Assembly: GCA_037444505.1 (NCBI GenBank)
Contig: JBBIMH010000021.1
Span: 1-60,258 of the forward strand
DNA from: Nitrospirota bacterium
GTDB taxonomy: Bacteria > Nitrospirota > UBA9217
Direction of reading: 5' to 3'
DNA: 60,258 nt
Part shown: positions 35,318 to 43,526 of the stretch, in pieces
How the letters are laid out: the number at the start of each line of letters is the position of its first letter
Numbering within the stretch: position 1 is the stretch's first letter
Notes under the pieces: model-generated
What the model saw: the letters and a program-made list of their open reading frames with translations, nothing else
What the model was told of the DNA's origin: nothing
Database searches by the model: none
Position numbers and translations under genes: made by a program

Positions 35318-36490
35318 TCAATGATCTATCTCGATCCCTGCCGTCTGCTCGCGCACCGATACTGCGATCTTGTATAGGAACGTCAGTATGAGAAAACCTA
35401 CAGCCCAGACGCCGATGGTGATCATGGTCTCAGGGAATGTCGGCCAGTAGGTATGCACCTCTTCAAGCGGGTTCGGAACGAAGCCGCCTATGATCAGCCC
35501 GAATCCCTTGTCTATCCAGAGCGAGATGAACAGCACGATGCACGCCAGAAGCAGCAGACCCTCGTTCCTCCTGATGGACGGCACGATGAGCATGACGAGG
35601 GATATCGCTGCGAATACAACCGATGTCCACATGAGCGGCACGAGTTCGGCATGTCCCTCGAGTCCGGTGAAGAGATATTTGAAAGGATGCATGTGTCCGG
35701 GTATCTGGCTGTAGAACGCAGTGAACAGCTCCAGGACCAGGAAGAAGACGTTCGCAAACATGGCGTATGCGACTATCTTTCCAACGGCCTGTATCGCCTC
35801 CTTGCCCGGATCGAATTTCGTTAGTTTCCTGACTATCATCGCGAGGATGATGAGCAGGGCCGGGCCGCCTGCGAATGCAGAGGCCAAAAAGCGAGCCGCC
35901 ATAATGGCGGTGAGCCAGAAATGCCTGCCGGGCAGGCCTGCGTAAAGAAAGGCCGTCACTGTATGGATGCTTATGGCCCAAGGGATTGAGAGATAGATGA
36001 AGGGCTTGATCCACTTCGGCGGAGGAACGCCCTTTCTATCGGACCCCAAGGTAATCCATCCGATCAAGGCGTTCAAGAAGAGATAGCCCGAGAGCACGAA
36101 CGCATCCCAGAACATGATGGAATTGGGCGTAGGATGCAGCAGCACATTCATGATACGCATGGGCTGGCCCATGTCCACGAAGATGAAGAGTATGCACATC
36201 GTGACGGCGGAAATGGCCAGAAACTCGCCCAAAATCACGATCTTGCCGAACTTCTTATAGTCATGCAGATAATAAGGAATGACGAGCATTACCGCAGATG
36301 CCGCCACACCTACCAGGAATGTGAACTGGCCTATGTACAGGCCCCATGACACATCCCTATGCATACCGGTGATGCCGAGGCCGATATTGAACTGTCTGAG
36401 ATAGAAGTATGTACCGATCAGGGCCAGGGCGCCTAAGAAGAATACCCATGCCCAGTATCTCTTACCCCCCTCCAATGCCTTCTCAAGCAT
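35318..36490 (-). CDS. dsrP: DsrP, NrfD/PsrC-type integral membrane quinone-interacting subunit
   Basis: About 10 TM helices, NrfD-like, last gene of the MKJOP order. It overlaps the dsrO stop. Confidence 0.85.
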   Translation of the reverse strand: MLEKALEGGKRYWAWVFFLGALALIGTYFYLRQFNIGLGITGMHRDVSWGLYIGQFTFLVGVAASAVMLVIPYYLHDYKKFGKIVILGEFLAISAVTMCILFIFVDMGQPMRIMNVLLHPTPNSIMFWDAFVLSGYLFLNALIGWITLGSDRKGVPPPKWIKPFIYLSIPWAISIHTVTAFLYAGLPGRHFWLTAIMAARFLASAFAGGPALLIILAMIVRKLTKFDPGKEAIQAVGKIVAYAMFANVFFLVLELFTAFYSQIPGHMHPFKYLFTGLEGHAELVPLMWTSVVFAAISLVMLIVPSIRRNEGLLLLACIVLFISLWIDKGFGLIIGGFVPNPLEEVHTYWPTFPETMITIGVWAVGFLILTFLYKIAVSVREQTAGIEIDH

Positions 36491-37313
36491 GGTCGCTTCC
36501 TCCTATGAGATAGTATATGGCAGGCCCGGTGCCCAGATCAGGCTTGCGGCGTATCGTAAGCTTGGTCTCCACGATCTTCCGCACCTCTGATGCAGGATCT
36601 TCGAGATCCCCGAATATCAGACCGCCTTTCGGCGCTGCCTCGACGCAGGCGGGCATCTTCCCGACCGAAAGCCTCTCGGTGCAGAATGTGCATTTCTCCA
36701 CCACACCCTTCGTCCTGGTAGGATATTCCTTGTTCAGGAACTCCTTCTTTATGGCAGGCCTCGGATCCACCCAGTTGAAGCTCCTGGCACCGTAGGGGCA
36801 TGCAGCCATGCAGAAACGGCACCCGATGCAGCGATGCATGTCCTGCATGGTAATGCCGTCCGGCAGCTTAAAGGTCGCCTTCGTGGGGCAGACACGCACG
36901 CATGCAGGATTATCACAGTGGTTGCAAAGCACAAGGAAAGGCATCTCCTTTATATGCTCGCTCATGTATCTATTCTCCTGGCCTGGGAACGCCCTCTCGA
37001 ACCCCGTCTTCCATATCCACTTTATCTCGAGCTTCTTGTCCACCTTTCCGTCTGGGGTCCTGAAGTCGGGTACGTTGTGCGTGTGGTGACAGGCATCGAT
37101 CGTCCTATTGAAATCGTCCTCGGTCTTGAACTTGCTCATATCGACGACCATGGCCCACCGTTTTGCCGTAAGCGCCTCTTTGTTCCGGTCCACCTGCTCT
37201 GGGGCCAGCCCCTTCATCCATATCGGATGCGTCGCCGAGGCGACGGTCGCGCCGAAGCTCAGGATGGAGGAGATCCCCGTGATTTTTAAGAATTGTCTCC
37301 TGTCCATGCTCAT
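36483..37313 (-). CDS. dsrO: DsrO, periplasmic 4Fe-4S ferredoxin-like subunit with Tat signal
   Basis: Twin-arginine leader (MSMDRRQFLKITG) and several CxxCxxCxxxCP-type clusters (CIGCRFCMAACP, CNHCDNPACVRVCP). The ATG at 37313 forms an ATGA overlap with the dsrJ stop and has a GGAGG RBS. Confidence 0.85.
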   Translation of the reverse strand: MSMDRRQFLKITGISSILSFGATVASATHPIWMKGLAPEQVDRNKEALTAKRWAMVVDMSKFKTEDDFNRTIDACHHTHNVPDFRTPDGKVDKKLEIKWIWKTGFERAFPGQENRYMSEHIKEMPFLVLCNHCDNPACVRVCPTKATFKLPDGITMQDMHRCIGCRFCMAACPYGARSFNWVDPRPAIKKEFLNKEYPTRTKGVVEKCTFCTERLSVGKMPACVEAAPKGGLIFGDLEDPASEVRKIVETKLTIRRKPDLGTGPAIYYLIGGSDHA

Positions 37314-37738
37314 GATTTCGCCTCCTCCTTTTCCTCGGGCTGAATATGGCAGTCCCAACAGAACGGCTTCACCGCCATGTAATTATGGCACTCGTCGCAA
37401 AACTTCTTCTTGTTGGAGTGGCACTTCAAGCAGCCGTTCTGAAGGCTCATGTTCCAGCGCTTTTTGTTCGTATCGCTTATATATCCTCTGTTGTAATCCC
37501 TCACTACAGAGTCGCGCCAGTGATTCAGAAGAACCATATGCTCCGCACGCATCCATTCCTTTGACTCGACACACTCCTTCTTTCCGTACTTCTGCTCCCA
37601 TTCCATTATCGCAGGCGTGTCGGTCTTCGGGTCCGGCTTTGTATGGGCCTTGCCTAAGTTGTACCAGAAAGGAAAGGATGCAATCGCTATGAATATGGCA
37701 AGGCCTATCAGTATTTTTCCGCCATCATATAGTCTCAT
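37310..37738 (-). CDS. dsrJ: DsrJ, membrane-anchored trihaem cytochrome c
   Basis: N-terminal anchor and three CXXCH motifs (CLKCH, CDECH, CWDCH). Its position between dsrK and dsrO fits. Confidence 0.85.
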   Translation of the reverse strand: MRLYDGGKILIGLAIFIAIASFPFWYNLGKAHTKPDPKTDTPAIMEWEQKYGKKECVESKEWMRAEHMVLLNHWRDSVVRDYNRGYISDTNKKRWNMSLQNGCLKCHSNKKKFCDECHNYMAVKPFCWDCHIQPEEKEEAKS

Positions 37739-39354
37739 GCCTTTTCCTCCTTCTTTTGGGCGCTCGGAAGCGGCTCGCCGCGCAGGTCGGTCGTGCGCTC
37801 CTTTTCGCCTTTCATCACAAGGGCATTGGCCACGAGCTCATGAAGACCGGTGACCTTCACGCCCGGCACCCAGTAATCCATGAGGGCCGGAAGCGCCGCC
37901 CTGTCGATGGCGCATATGTTGCCGAGCATATTGACGCCATAGTGATCGCGTACGAACTTCACGGCATTCGCCCGCGGGAATCCGCCCTTCATGCGGAGCT
38001 CCATATCTTCGGATGCATTGAGACCGGAGCCGCTGCCGCAGCAGAATGTCTTCTCTCGAATCGTGTCCTCAGGCATTTCGTAGAAGTGGTTCACCACATT
38101 TCGGAGGACATACCTCGGTTCCTCAAAAAAGCCCATTCCGCGCGATGTGTTGCATGAGTCATGCCATGTGACACGCAGATGGTCGTTCCTGCTCGGATCG
38201 AGCTTGAGTTTTCCGTGCCTGATGAGGTCCGCGGTGAATTCCACGATATGTATCATCTTCGTGGACTTTGCATGCTCGAACACAGTGCCTGTAATCGGAG
38301 ACTTGGGCACCTCGAGGAAATCCGCCGGTCCGTTCCACGTGTCCATGTACTGATGGATGACGCGCCACATATGGCCGCATTCTCCGCCAATGATGTACTT
38401 TACGCCGAGCCTCTTCGCCTCTGCATATATCTTGGCATTGAGGCGCTTCGCCATCTCATTCGAGGTAAAGAACCCGAAGTTTCCGCCCTCGGATGCATAT
38501 GTGCTCCAAGTATAGTCGAGGCCCAATTCATGGAAGAGCATGAGATAGCCCATGGCGGTATATGTACCCGGATCCGCAAAGAGGTCGCCCGAAGGGGTCA
38601 CGAATAGTATCTCCGCACCCTTTCTATTGAAAGTGGGCTTGATCCTTATCCCGGTGATATTCTCTATATCATCGAGCATGTACTCGAGGTTGCCTGTGAT
38701 CGTATGAGGCTCGAGCCCGAGATGGTTCCCTTTCATGTAACAGTTCGCCACAGGCCCTGCGATCCATTCTATGTTCAGGCCGAGCAGGTTCAAAAGCTCC
38801 CTGCCTATGATGGTTATCTCCGCCTGGTCTATGCCGTACGGGCAGAAGACGGAGCAGCGGCGGCACTCCGTGCACTGGTAGAAGTAATACCACCACTCCT
38901 TGAGAACATCGAGAGTGAGGTCTCTGGCCCCTGCCATCCTGCCCAGGATCTTGCCTGCCGTAGTGAATTCCTTTCTGTATACGGAGCGGATGAGCTCGGC
39001 CCTGAGAACAGGCATGTTCTTCGGATCGCCGGTGCCTATGAAGAAGTGGCATTTGTCCGCACATGCTCCGCAGCGCACGCAGATGTCCATGAAGAGCCTG
39101 AAGGAGCGGTATCTCTCGAGCCTCTCGGCGATGCCCTGGAGTATTATCTCCTTCCAGTTTTCGGGCAGCTTCCAGTCGGCATCGGCAGGCCGCCAGTCCC
39201 TGGGATTCGGGAAGCCCACTGTCTCGAGGCTCTTCGGCTTCGCGCCGTGGCAGTACATGCCCTCCTTGAAAACGACCGGCGTATCCATCCAGCCGGTCTT
39301 CGGCGGTTTGTAGTCTATCTTCGCGAGTTCTTCTGGTTTGGGTAGTTTGGCCAT
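37735..39354 (-). CDS. dsrK: DsrK, HdrD-like iron-sulfur catalytic subunit (CCG domains)
   Basis: Ferredoxin-type CxxCxxCxxxC motifs (CVRCGACADKC, CTECRRCSVFCP) and CCG motifs (CGHMW..., FCCGSGSG). Confidence 0.9.
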   Translation of the reverse strand: MAKLPKPEELAKIDYKPPKTGWMDTPVVFKEGMYCHGAKPKSLETVGFPNPRDWRPADADWKLPENWKEIILQGIAERLERYRSFRLFMDICVRCGACADKCHFFIGTGDPKNMPVLRAELIRSVYRKEFTTAGKILGRMAGARDLTLDVLKEWWYYFYQCTECRRCSVFCPYGIDQAEITIIGRELLNLLGLNIEWIAGPVANCYMKGNHLGLEPHTITGNLEYMLDDIENITGIRIKPTFNRKGAEILFVTPSGDLFADPGTYTAMGYLMLFHELGLDYTWSTYASEGGNFGFFTSNEMAKRLNAKIYAEAKRLGVKYIIGGECGHMWRVIHQYMDTWNGPADFLEVPKSPITGTVFEHAKSTKMIHIVEFTADLIRHGKLKLDPSRNDHLRVTWHDSCNTSRGMGFFEEPRYVLRNVVNHFYEMPEDTIREKTFCCGSGSGLNASEDMELRMKGGFPRANAVKFVRDHYGVNMLGNICAIDRAALPALMDYWVPGVKVTGLHELVANALVMKGEKERTTDLRGEPLPSAQKKEEKA

Positions 39355-39356
39355 GG

Positions 39357-40349
39357 CTACTCCTTTTCTACCGGAATTCCGGCGGCTTTCATCTTCTCCC
39401 TGAACTCGTTCTCGTACTCCTCATAGGTGTGCACATGTACAGGATAGTTCCAGGGATTCACATGGCGCTTGGCGCGGCTGTTGTTCGCCAAGTTCCTCGT
39501 AGGGCTCATGAACACGCCTCCGAGGTGCATAATCTTGCTCATGGGGATATAGGCGAACAGGAACGAGATCAGAAACAGGTGGATGTAGAAGATGACCCCG
39601 ATCCCTTTGGGCACCTCAGGGGCGAATGTCAAAAGTCCCATGACGAGTATCTTTACACTTACGACGTCGGTCTTGGTGAAATAGCGCATGAGCACGCCGG
39701 TGACTGCTATCGCAAGGATCAGAAAAAGCGGAAAATAGTCGTTAACCAACGATATGTATCTGACCTGAGGGATGAACACCCTCCTCAGGAAGAGATAGGT
39801 CACTGCGGAAATTAGTATGACGTCGGTTATGTATAGAAGTGGCGTCCCTATCTGCAGAAAACTGTCCAGCCCCTCGATCAACTGTATGGAGGCAGGCACA
39901 TCTTGTATGAAGAAGCGGAAGTGGCGCACCAGGACGATCAGAAAAGACCAGTGGAAGGCGAGGCCTGCAAGCCACAACCATTTCGCCTCGCCATATACAA
40001 TGCGTCCGCCCTCCGCCGTCTGCATCTTGAGATTTCTGAAAAGAGAGCGAAAGAAGAGGACCTCCAAGGCCATCCTGGCTATCACCCCAGGGGTGCCGAA
40101 GGGACTCTCGAGCTTGCTGTATTTTATCCAAGGGAGAGATTTCTGCTGGCCTGTCGTGGTAGTGATGCGGAAGGGAACAGGCGAGCTGCCCCACTTGAGC
40201 ACCCTCCAGACCATGCCTGCAATGAAGATGACGACCGCGGCATAAGGGACTACGACGCCGAACAGGCTGTGCAGCCCTGCAACGCCGACACCCAGATACG
40301 CGATCGCAATCAGAAGAAGAACCGCGACAAGAGAAATGATGGCTCTCAT
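39357..40349 (-). CDS. dsrM: DsrM, NarI/HdrE-like dihaem membrane cytochrome b
   Basis: Polytopic membrane protein with conserved His residues in helices. First gene of the MKJOP block. Confidence 0.85.
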   Translation of the reverse strand: MRAIISLVAVLLLIAIAYLGVGVAGLHSLFGVVVPYAAVVIFIAGMVWRVLKWGSSPVPFRITTTTGQQKSLPWIKYSKLESPFGTPGVIARMALEVLFFRSLFRNLKMQTAEGGRIVYGEAKWLWLAGLAFHWSFLIVLVRHFRFFIQDVPASIQLIEGLDSFLQIGTPLLYITDVILISAVTYLFLRRVFIPQVRYISLVNDYFPLFLILAIAVTGVLMRYFTKTDVVSVKILVMGLLTFAPEVPKGIGVIFYIHLFLISFLFAYIPMSKIMHLGGVFMSPTRNLANNSRAKRHVNPWNYPVHVHTYEEYENEFREKMKAAGIPVEKE

Positions 40350-40404
40350 ATCACTACCTCGTTTCTTTTAGAAAGTGTGAGCGATCAAACTCACCAGCGC
40401 AGAC

Positions 40405-40938
40405 CTATACGTCCTCGCCGGTGATGATGCGTGCCTTCTGAAGCAGCCGGAACGTAGCCTTCTGTGCCTCCCTCGCCTTTATATCGTACAGCTTCTCGCG
40501 GCACTTCATGTAGAGGTCGAAGGCATACAGGGCGAGGTCGTCGACAGCAGAGTCGAATTCGGCGAGTTCAGCTGCAAGGGCCCCGCCCCTTGGATCGTTC
40601 CGGAGTTCGTCCCTCACGATCCCCTTGAGTCTGAAGATAAAGGCCACCGCCTCCGAGGGCGCGAAGTCCTGTATGGCCCTGAGCCTCACTATGCCGTCGA
40701 GGAAGTCCGCCACTGCATCAGGGAGTAGACCTTTCACGAGGCCGTCGAACAGACCCTCGATGCCGTGGGCGAAGTTGTAGCCCATGGGATTCGTGAACTG
40801 CGCGGAGGTGTTCCTCATGAATGTCTTGACATCATCAGGGTAGGTCTCGACCACTGTCTCGTACCACTTCTTTACGAGGCCTTCCCTTTTCTCCGCCAGC
40901 AGTTGTCTCAGACTCTTTTCTATCGCGACCTGCTCCAT
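40405..40938 (-). CDS. dsrT: DsrT (RsbRD N-terminal domain protein)
   Basis: Soluble helical 177-aa protein directly upstream of dsrM. The sequence (LVKKWYETVVETYP...) fits the RsbRD_N type seen as DsrT in other dsr loci. Confidence 0.65.
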   Translation of the reverse strand: MEQVAIEKSLRQLLAEKREGLVKKWYETVVETYPDDVKTFMRNTSAQFTNPMGYNFAHGIEGLFDGLVKGLLPDAVADFLDGIVRLRAIQDFAPSEAVAFIFRLKGIVRDELRNDPRGGALAAELAEFDSAVDDLALYAFDLYMKCREKLYDIKAREAQKATFRLLQKARIITGEDV

Positions 40939-40993
40939 AAATCCGCTTTAAGATAAGCCTCCGAACGGAGTTCCGTCTGCCTATGGCGTTTCA

Positions 40994-41407
40994 TCAGAAG
41001 AAGAGCAGATGACCGGTATTCTCCATCTCCTTCTGGATGTCCGCGTAGGAGACGAACTTGGTCTTGAGCTCCGCGCCGAGGTCCTCTGCATCCGTGACCA
41101 TATCCGCCTCTTTGAGGCCTAAGCGCTCCATGTCCTCTTTGCAAACCCATATCTGCATGTCGATGAGCAGCGAGTTCTTTATATGGCTCTCGGTGCTCGT
41201 GACGCCGTAGAGCTTCATTGCCTGCTGATTCTTGACTGCATTGAGGACGCCGTCGCCTACAAACGCCACGATCGGCACGACCGAGTCGCCCTCGTCCATA
41301 TATATCTCCGCCGTCTGGCTCGCAATTGCATGTGTAAGCGCCAGCCTCGGATTCTCGCTCTTGTACGGCGGACGCTGTACTACGAACAGGAGTTTAACCG
41401 CGCCCAT
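40994..41407 (-). CDS. dsrF: DsrF/TusC-like sulfur-relay protein
   Basis: DsrE/F fold. VAFVGDGVLNAV and IWVCKEDMERLGL align with TusC FFIADGVFQLL and CWVCAASLRERGL. Ends ...HLLFF. Confidence 0.65.
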   Translation of the reverse strand: MGAVKLLFVVQRPPYKSENPRLALTHAIASQTAEIYMDEGDSVVPIVAFVGDGVLNAVKNQQAMKLYGVTSTESHIKNSLLIDMQIWVCKEDMERLGLKEADMVTDAEDLGAELKTKFVSYADIQKEMENTGHLLFF

Positions 41408-41766
41408 TATTCACCTCCTATATGTAACAGCCTGTCTGTCTTCACTGTCTTGGCGAGATACCAGTCCATGCTGGCGCGCTTCATGCCCTCGGGCGTGTCT
41501 TCCTTGTGATACCCTCGGGCCTCTGCGCACGCCTCGCACACCGTGATCGCGAGCCCCTTGGCAATGAGGTCCATCATGCGCTTCTGATTATGCGAATAGT
41601 CTTTGAACGGCTTCTGGCCCTTCTTCGCCATCATAACAGCATTACCTGAAAGCCACATGTTCACCTTGTGGCCCTTGGCCATGGCGGCTTCTGCAAGCTT
41701 GAACGAAAAATCCAGGCTCATAGATCCGACAAGGGATGAGAATACACCGATTGTCAGCTCTCCCAT
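41407..41766 (-). CDS. dsrE: DsrE/TusD-like sulfur-relay protein with the active-site Cys motif
   Basis: ITVCEACAEARG matches the TusD/DsrE motif (ICVAAALRRG). AGGAGG RBS. One-nt overlap with the next gene. Confidence 0.7.
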   Translation of the reverse strand: MGELTIGVFSSLVGSMSLDFSFKLAEAAMAKGHKVNMWLSGNAVMMAKKGQKPFKDYSHNQKRMMDLIAKGLAITVCEACAEARGYHKEDTPEGMKRASMDWYLAKTVKTDRLLHIGGE

Positions 41767-41902
41767 GGTCTCCTCCTTTAGAATAGATTATTGTGATGCA
41801 GGCGTTGGGCTCTAATGTCCGAATCCGGAACCGATCCAAAAACCTCGTCAACCGCGATTGAGGCCGGGTCGGCTGCCGGAGCCGCGGGATGAGATGCCGC
41901 CG

Positions 41903-42202
41903 TTACAGCCACGCCGTCTTTTCATAGTCGTTCATTATCAGGTCGACTACATCGCCATAGCCGATTACCTTCACCTTCGAATTCACATTCGCGGCGGTGA
42001 ATCCGCGGGTCTCTAGGTCATCAGATAGAACATAGAAACTCGCACCCGCCTTCGAAAGAATCGGAGACTCCTTGCCGTTCTCCTTTATCACTGCATGATA
42101 GATTCCGTTGCCGACGAGGATCACGCCGAGCTTGTCCGCCTTGAGTCTTTCGTATGTGTCCTCGGTCCTGCGCCAGTCGCTCAAGAATACTGCCAGTTTC
42201 AT
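41903..42202 (-). CDS. dsrH: DsrH/TusB-like sulfur-relay protein
   Basis: ILVGNGIYHAV, FYVLSDDLETRGF and C-terminal ...YEKTAWL mirror DsrH (LLFEDGIYAAL, LYVLGPDLKARGF, ...VQAWL). I set the start to the ATG at 42202, which has a GGAGGTG RBS. Confidence 0.75.
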   Translation of the reverse strand: MKLAVFLSDWRRTEDTYERLKADKLGVILVGNGIYHAVIKENGKESPILSKAGASFYVLSDDLETRGFTAANVNSKVKVIGYGDVVDLIMNDYEKTAWL

Positions 42203-42235
42203 CTTCTCACCTCCTATTGATTCGGTAGAGATGGA

Positions 42236-42271
42236 TAAAAAAAGAGGGGATTCGTCTTTCAACTATCCCCT
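42236..42271. terminator. Hairpin with flanking A/T runs after ferredoxin copy 1 (probably a leaky terminator)
   Basis: AGGGGAT (42245..42251) pairs with ATCCCCT (42265..42271), flanked by A8 and T6 runs. It lies only about 35 nt before the dsrH ATG. Confidence 0.55.
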
Positions 42272-42294
42272 TTTTTATCTCCGCTAATGAATCA

Positions 42295-42480
42295 TTATAT
42301 CTCGGTCACCGTGATCGCCTGCTGAGGGCAGTTTTCTACGCATGTCTGGCAGTTGATGCATTCCGACATGTTGACCGGATCTGCCTTACCACCTTCGATC
42401 TTGAATACCGACTGAGGGCAGACATTGGCGCAGGTGCCGTCGCCGTCGCATTTTGCCTTGTCAACAGTCACCATGTACAT
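42295..42480 (-). CDS. 2x[4Fe-4S]-type small ferredoxin (61 aa), copy 1
   Basis: MYMVTVDKAKCDGDGTCANVCPQ...CINCQTCVENCPQ. GGAGG RBS. Roughly three quarters of residues are identical to copy 2 by eye. Confidence 0.85.
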   Translation of the reverse strand: MYMVTVDKAKCDGDGTCANVCPQSVFKIEGGKADPVNMSECINCQTCVENCPQQAITVTEI

Positions 42481-42605
42481 CGCACATATTCCTCCACATG
42501 TGATATTTTCTCGCGCATCCTACTGTCTCGCCTCCGCCGGCGTCGGTTCGGTACGGCCGTCTGCACACCGTCAATATTTCGTCCTTGAGCGGTTCGGGAC
42601 GACCT

Positions 42606-42645
42606 GTGTCCGACCGGCGGAGTAATGCACTAACCGGTCGGACAC
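42606..42645 (-). promoter_or_regulatory. Perfect 12-bp stem hairpin in the dsrC-ferredoxin spacer
   Basis: GTGTCCGACCGG (42606..42617) pairs with CCGGTCGGACAC (42634..42645) around a 16-nt loop. There is no U-tract, so this is more likely an mRNA stability or processing element than a terminator. Confidence 0.5.
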
Positions 42646-42696
42646 ATCGGTCCCCCCGGAACTGCATACTGTGAAAGCAAAAACTCTCTCTTCGAC

Positions 42697-43032
42697 CTAT
42701 ACGCAGCCTGTAGGCTTCGGCAGGCCGGCGATCTTGCATGCCTGCTTTGCCGGTCCGCCCGGATAGAGCTGATAGAGATACTTCGTATTGCCCTTATCCG
42801 GACCGAGCTTCTTGCCGATCTCCTTCACGAGGATCTTGATCATCGGCGCGATCTGATACTGCTTGTAGTAATCGCGCAAGAAGTTTACGACCTCCCAGTG
42901 CTGGTCAGTCATCTGGATCCCCTCGACTTCAGCGAAATAGTTTGCGACGTCGAGGTTCCAATCATCGAGGTTGGCCAGGAAGCCGTCCTCATCCACTTCG
43001 ATCTGCTTGCCCTTCACTTCTATTGTAGGCAT
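42697..43032 (-). CDS. dsrC: DsrC, sulfite reductase co-substrate protein
   Basis: TusE/DsrC fold with the diagnostic C-terminal arm ...CKIAGLPKPTGCV carrying both conserved cysteines. Confidence 0.95.
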   Translation of the reverse strand: MPTIEVKGKQIEVDEDGFLANLDDWNLDVANYFAEVEGIQMTDQHWEVVNFLRDYYKQYQIAPMIKILVKEIGKKLGPDKGNTKYLYQLYPGGPAKQACKIAGLPKPTGCV

Positions 43033-43088
43033 TTTCCACTTCCCCTTTCTTTTATTGAGTTTCAGGATGCCATCTCGAGCATCCGTTT

Positions 43089-43526
43089 TTACCGGTTTTT
43101 TATAATAGCTGTTTTTTTTGACCTTATCACATACAGACGGCCGTATCCATCCATGTATCCGGTGCTTATGCCGGGGGAGCGGTGAGTCCTCCAGTCATAA
43201 CTCAGTATTGCATCTTCGTAGTCCTCGCCGGGAACCAAGTCGGTGAGTGATCTAGCCATTTCATCGGCTACGGCCTCCAGTCCGATCACCATTATCTCGC
43301 CGACGCCCTTGCCTGTTTCGTCCAATATATACAGGGCGCCGCAGCCGCACCTGCCCCCGGGACGCATCTCGCCCGGCATGACAGCCATCCTCACCGGTCT
43401 CGAAAGCTCTCTATCGCAGAAGGGACAGGCGACTTCTTTTTTTCTTCTGTGACCCCCGCTCAAAGCATCTCCCTTTTTCTGCGCCCTGCATACTCTCTCG
43501 CCTGCGTCACGAGTCCCTCCGCCCAC
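43089..43526 (-). CDS. Hypothetical zinc-ribbon protein encoded between dsrN and dsrC
   Basis: CPFC...CGC four-Cys ribbon followed by an acidic ~90-aa domain. The ATG at 43526 overlaps dsrN by 67 nt. A TTG at 43463 overlapping the dsrN TGA is an alternative start. Confidence 0.5.
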   Translation of the reverse strand: MGGGTRDAGERVCRAQKKGDALSGGHRRKKEVACPFCDRELSRPVRMAVMPGEMRPGGRCGCGALYILDETGKGVGEIMVIGLEAVADEMARSLTDLVPGEDYEDAILSYDWRTHRSPGISTGYMDGYGRLYVIRSKKTAIIKNR

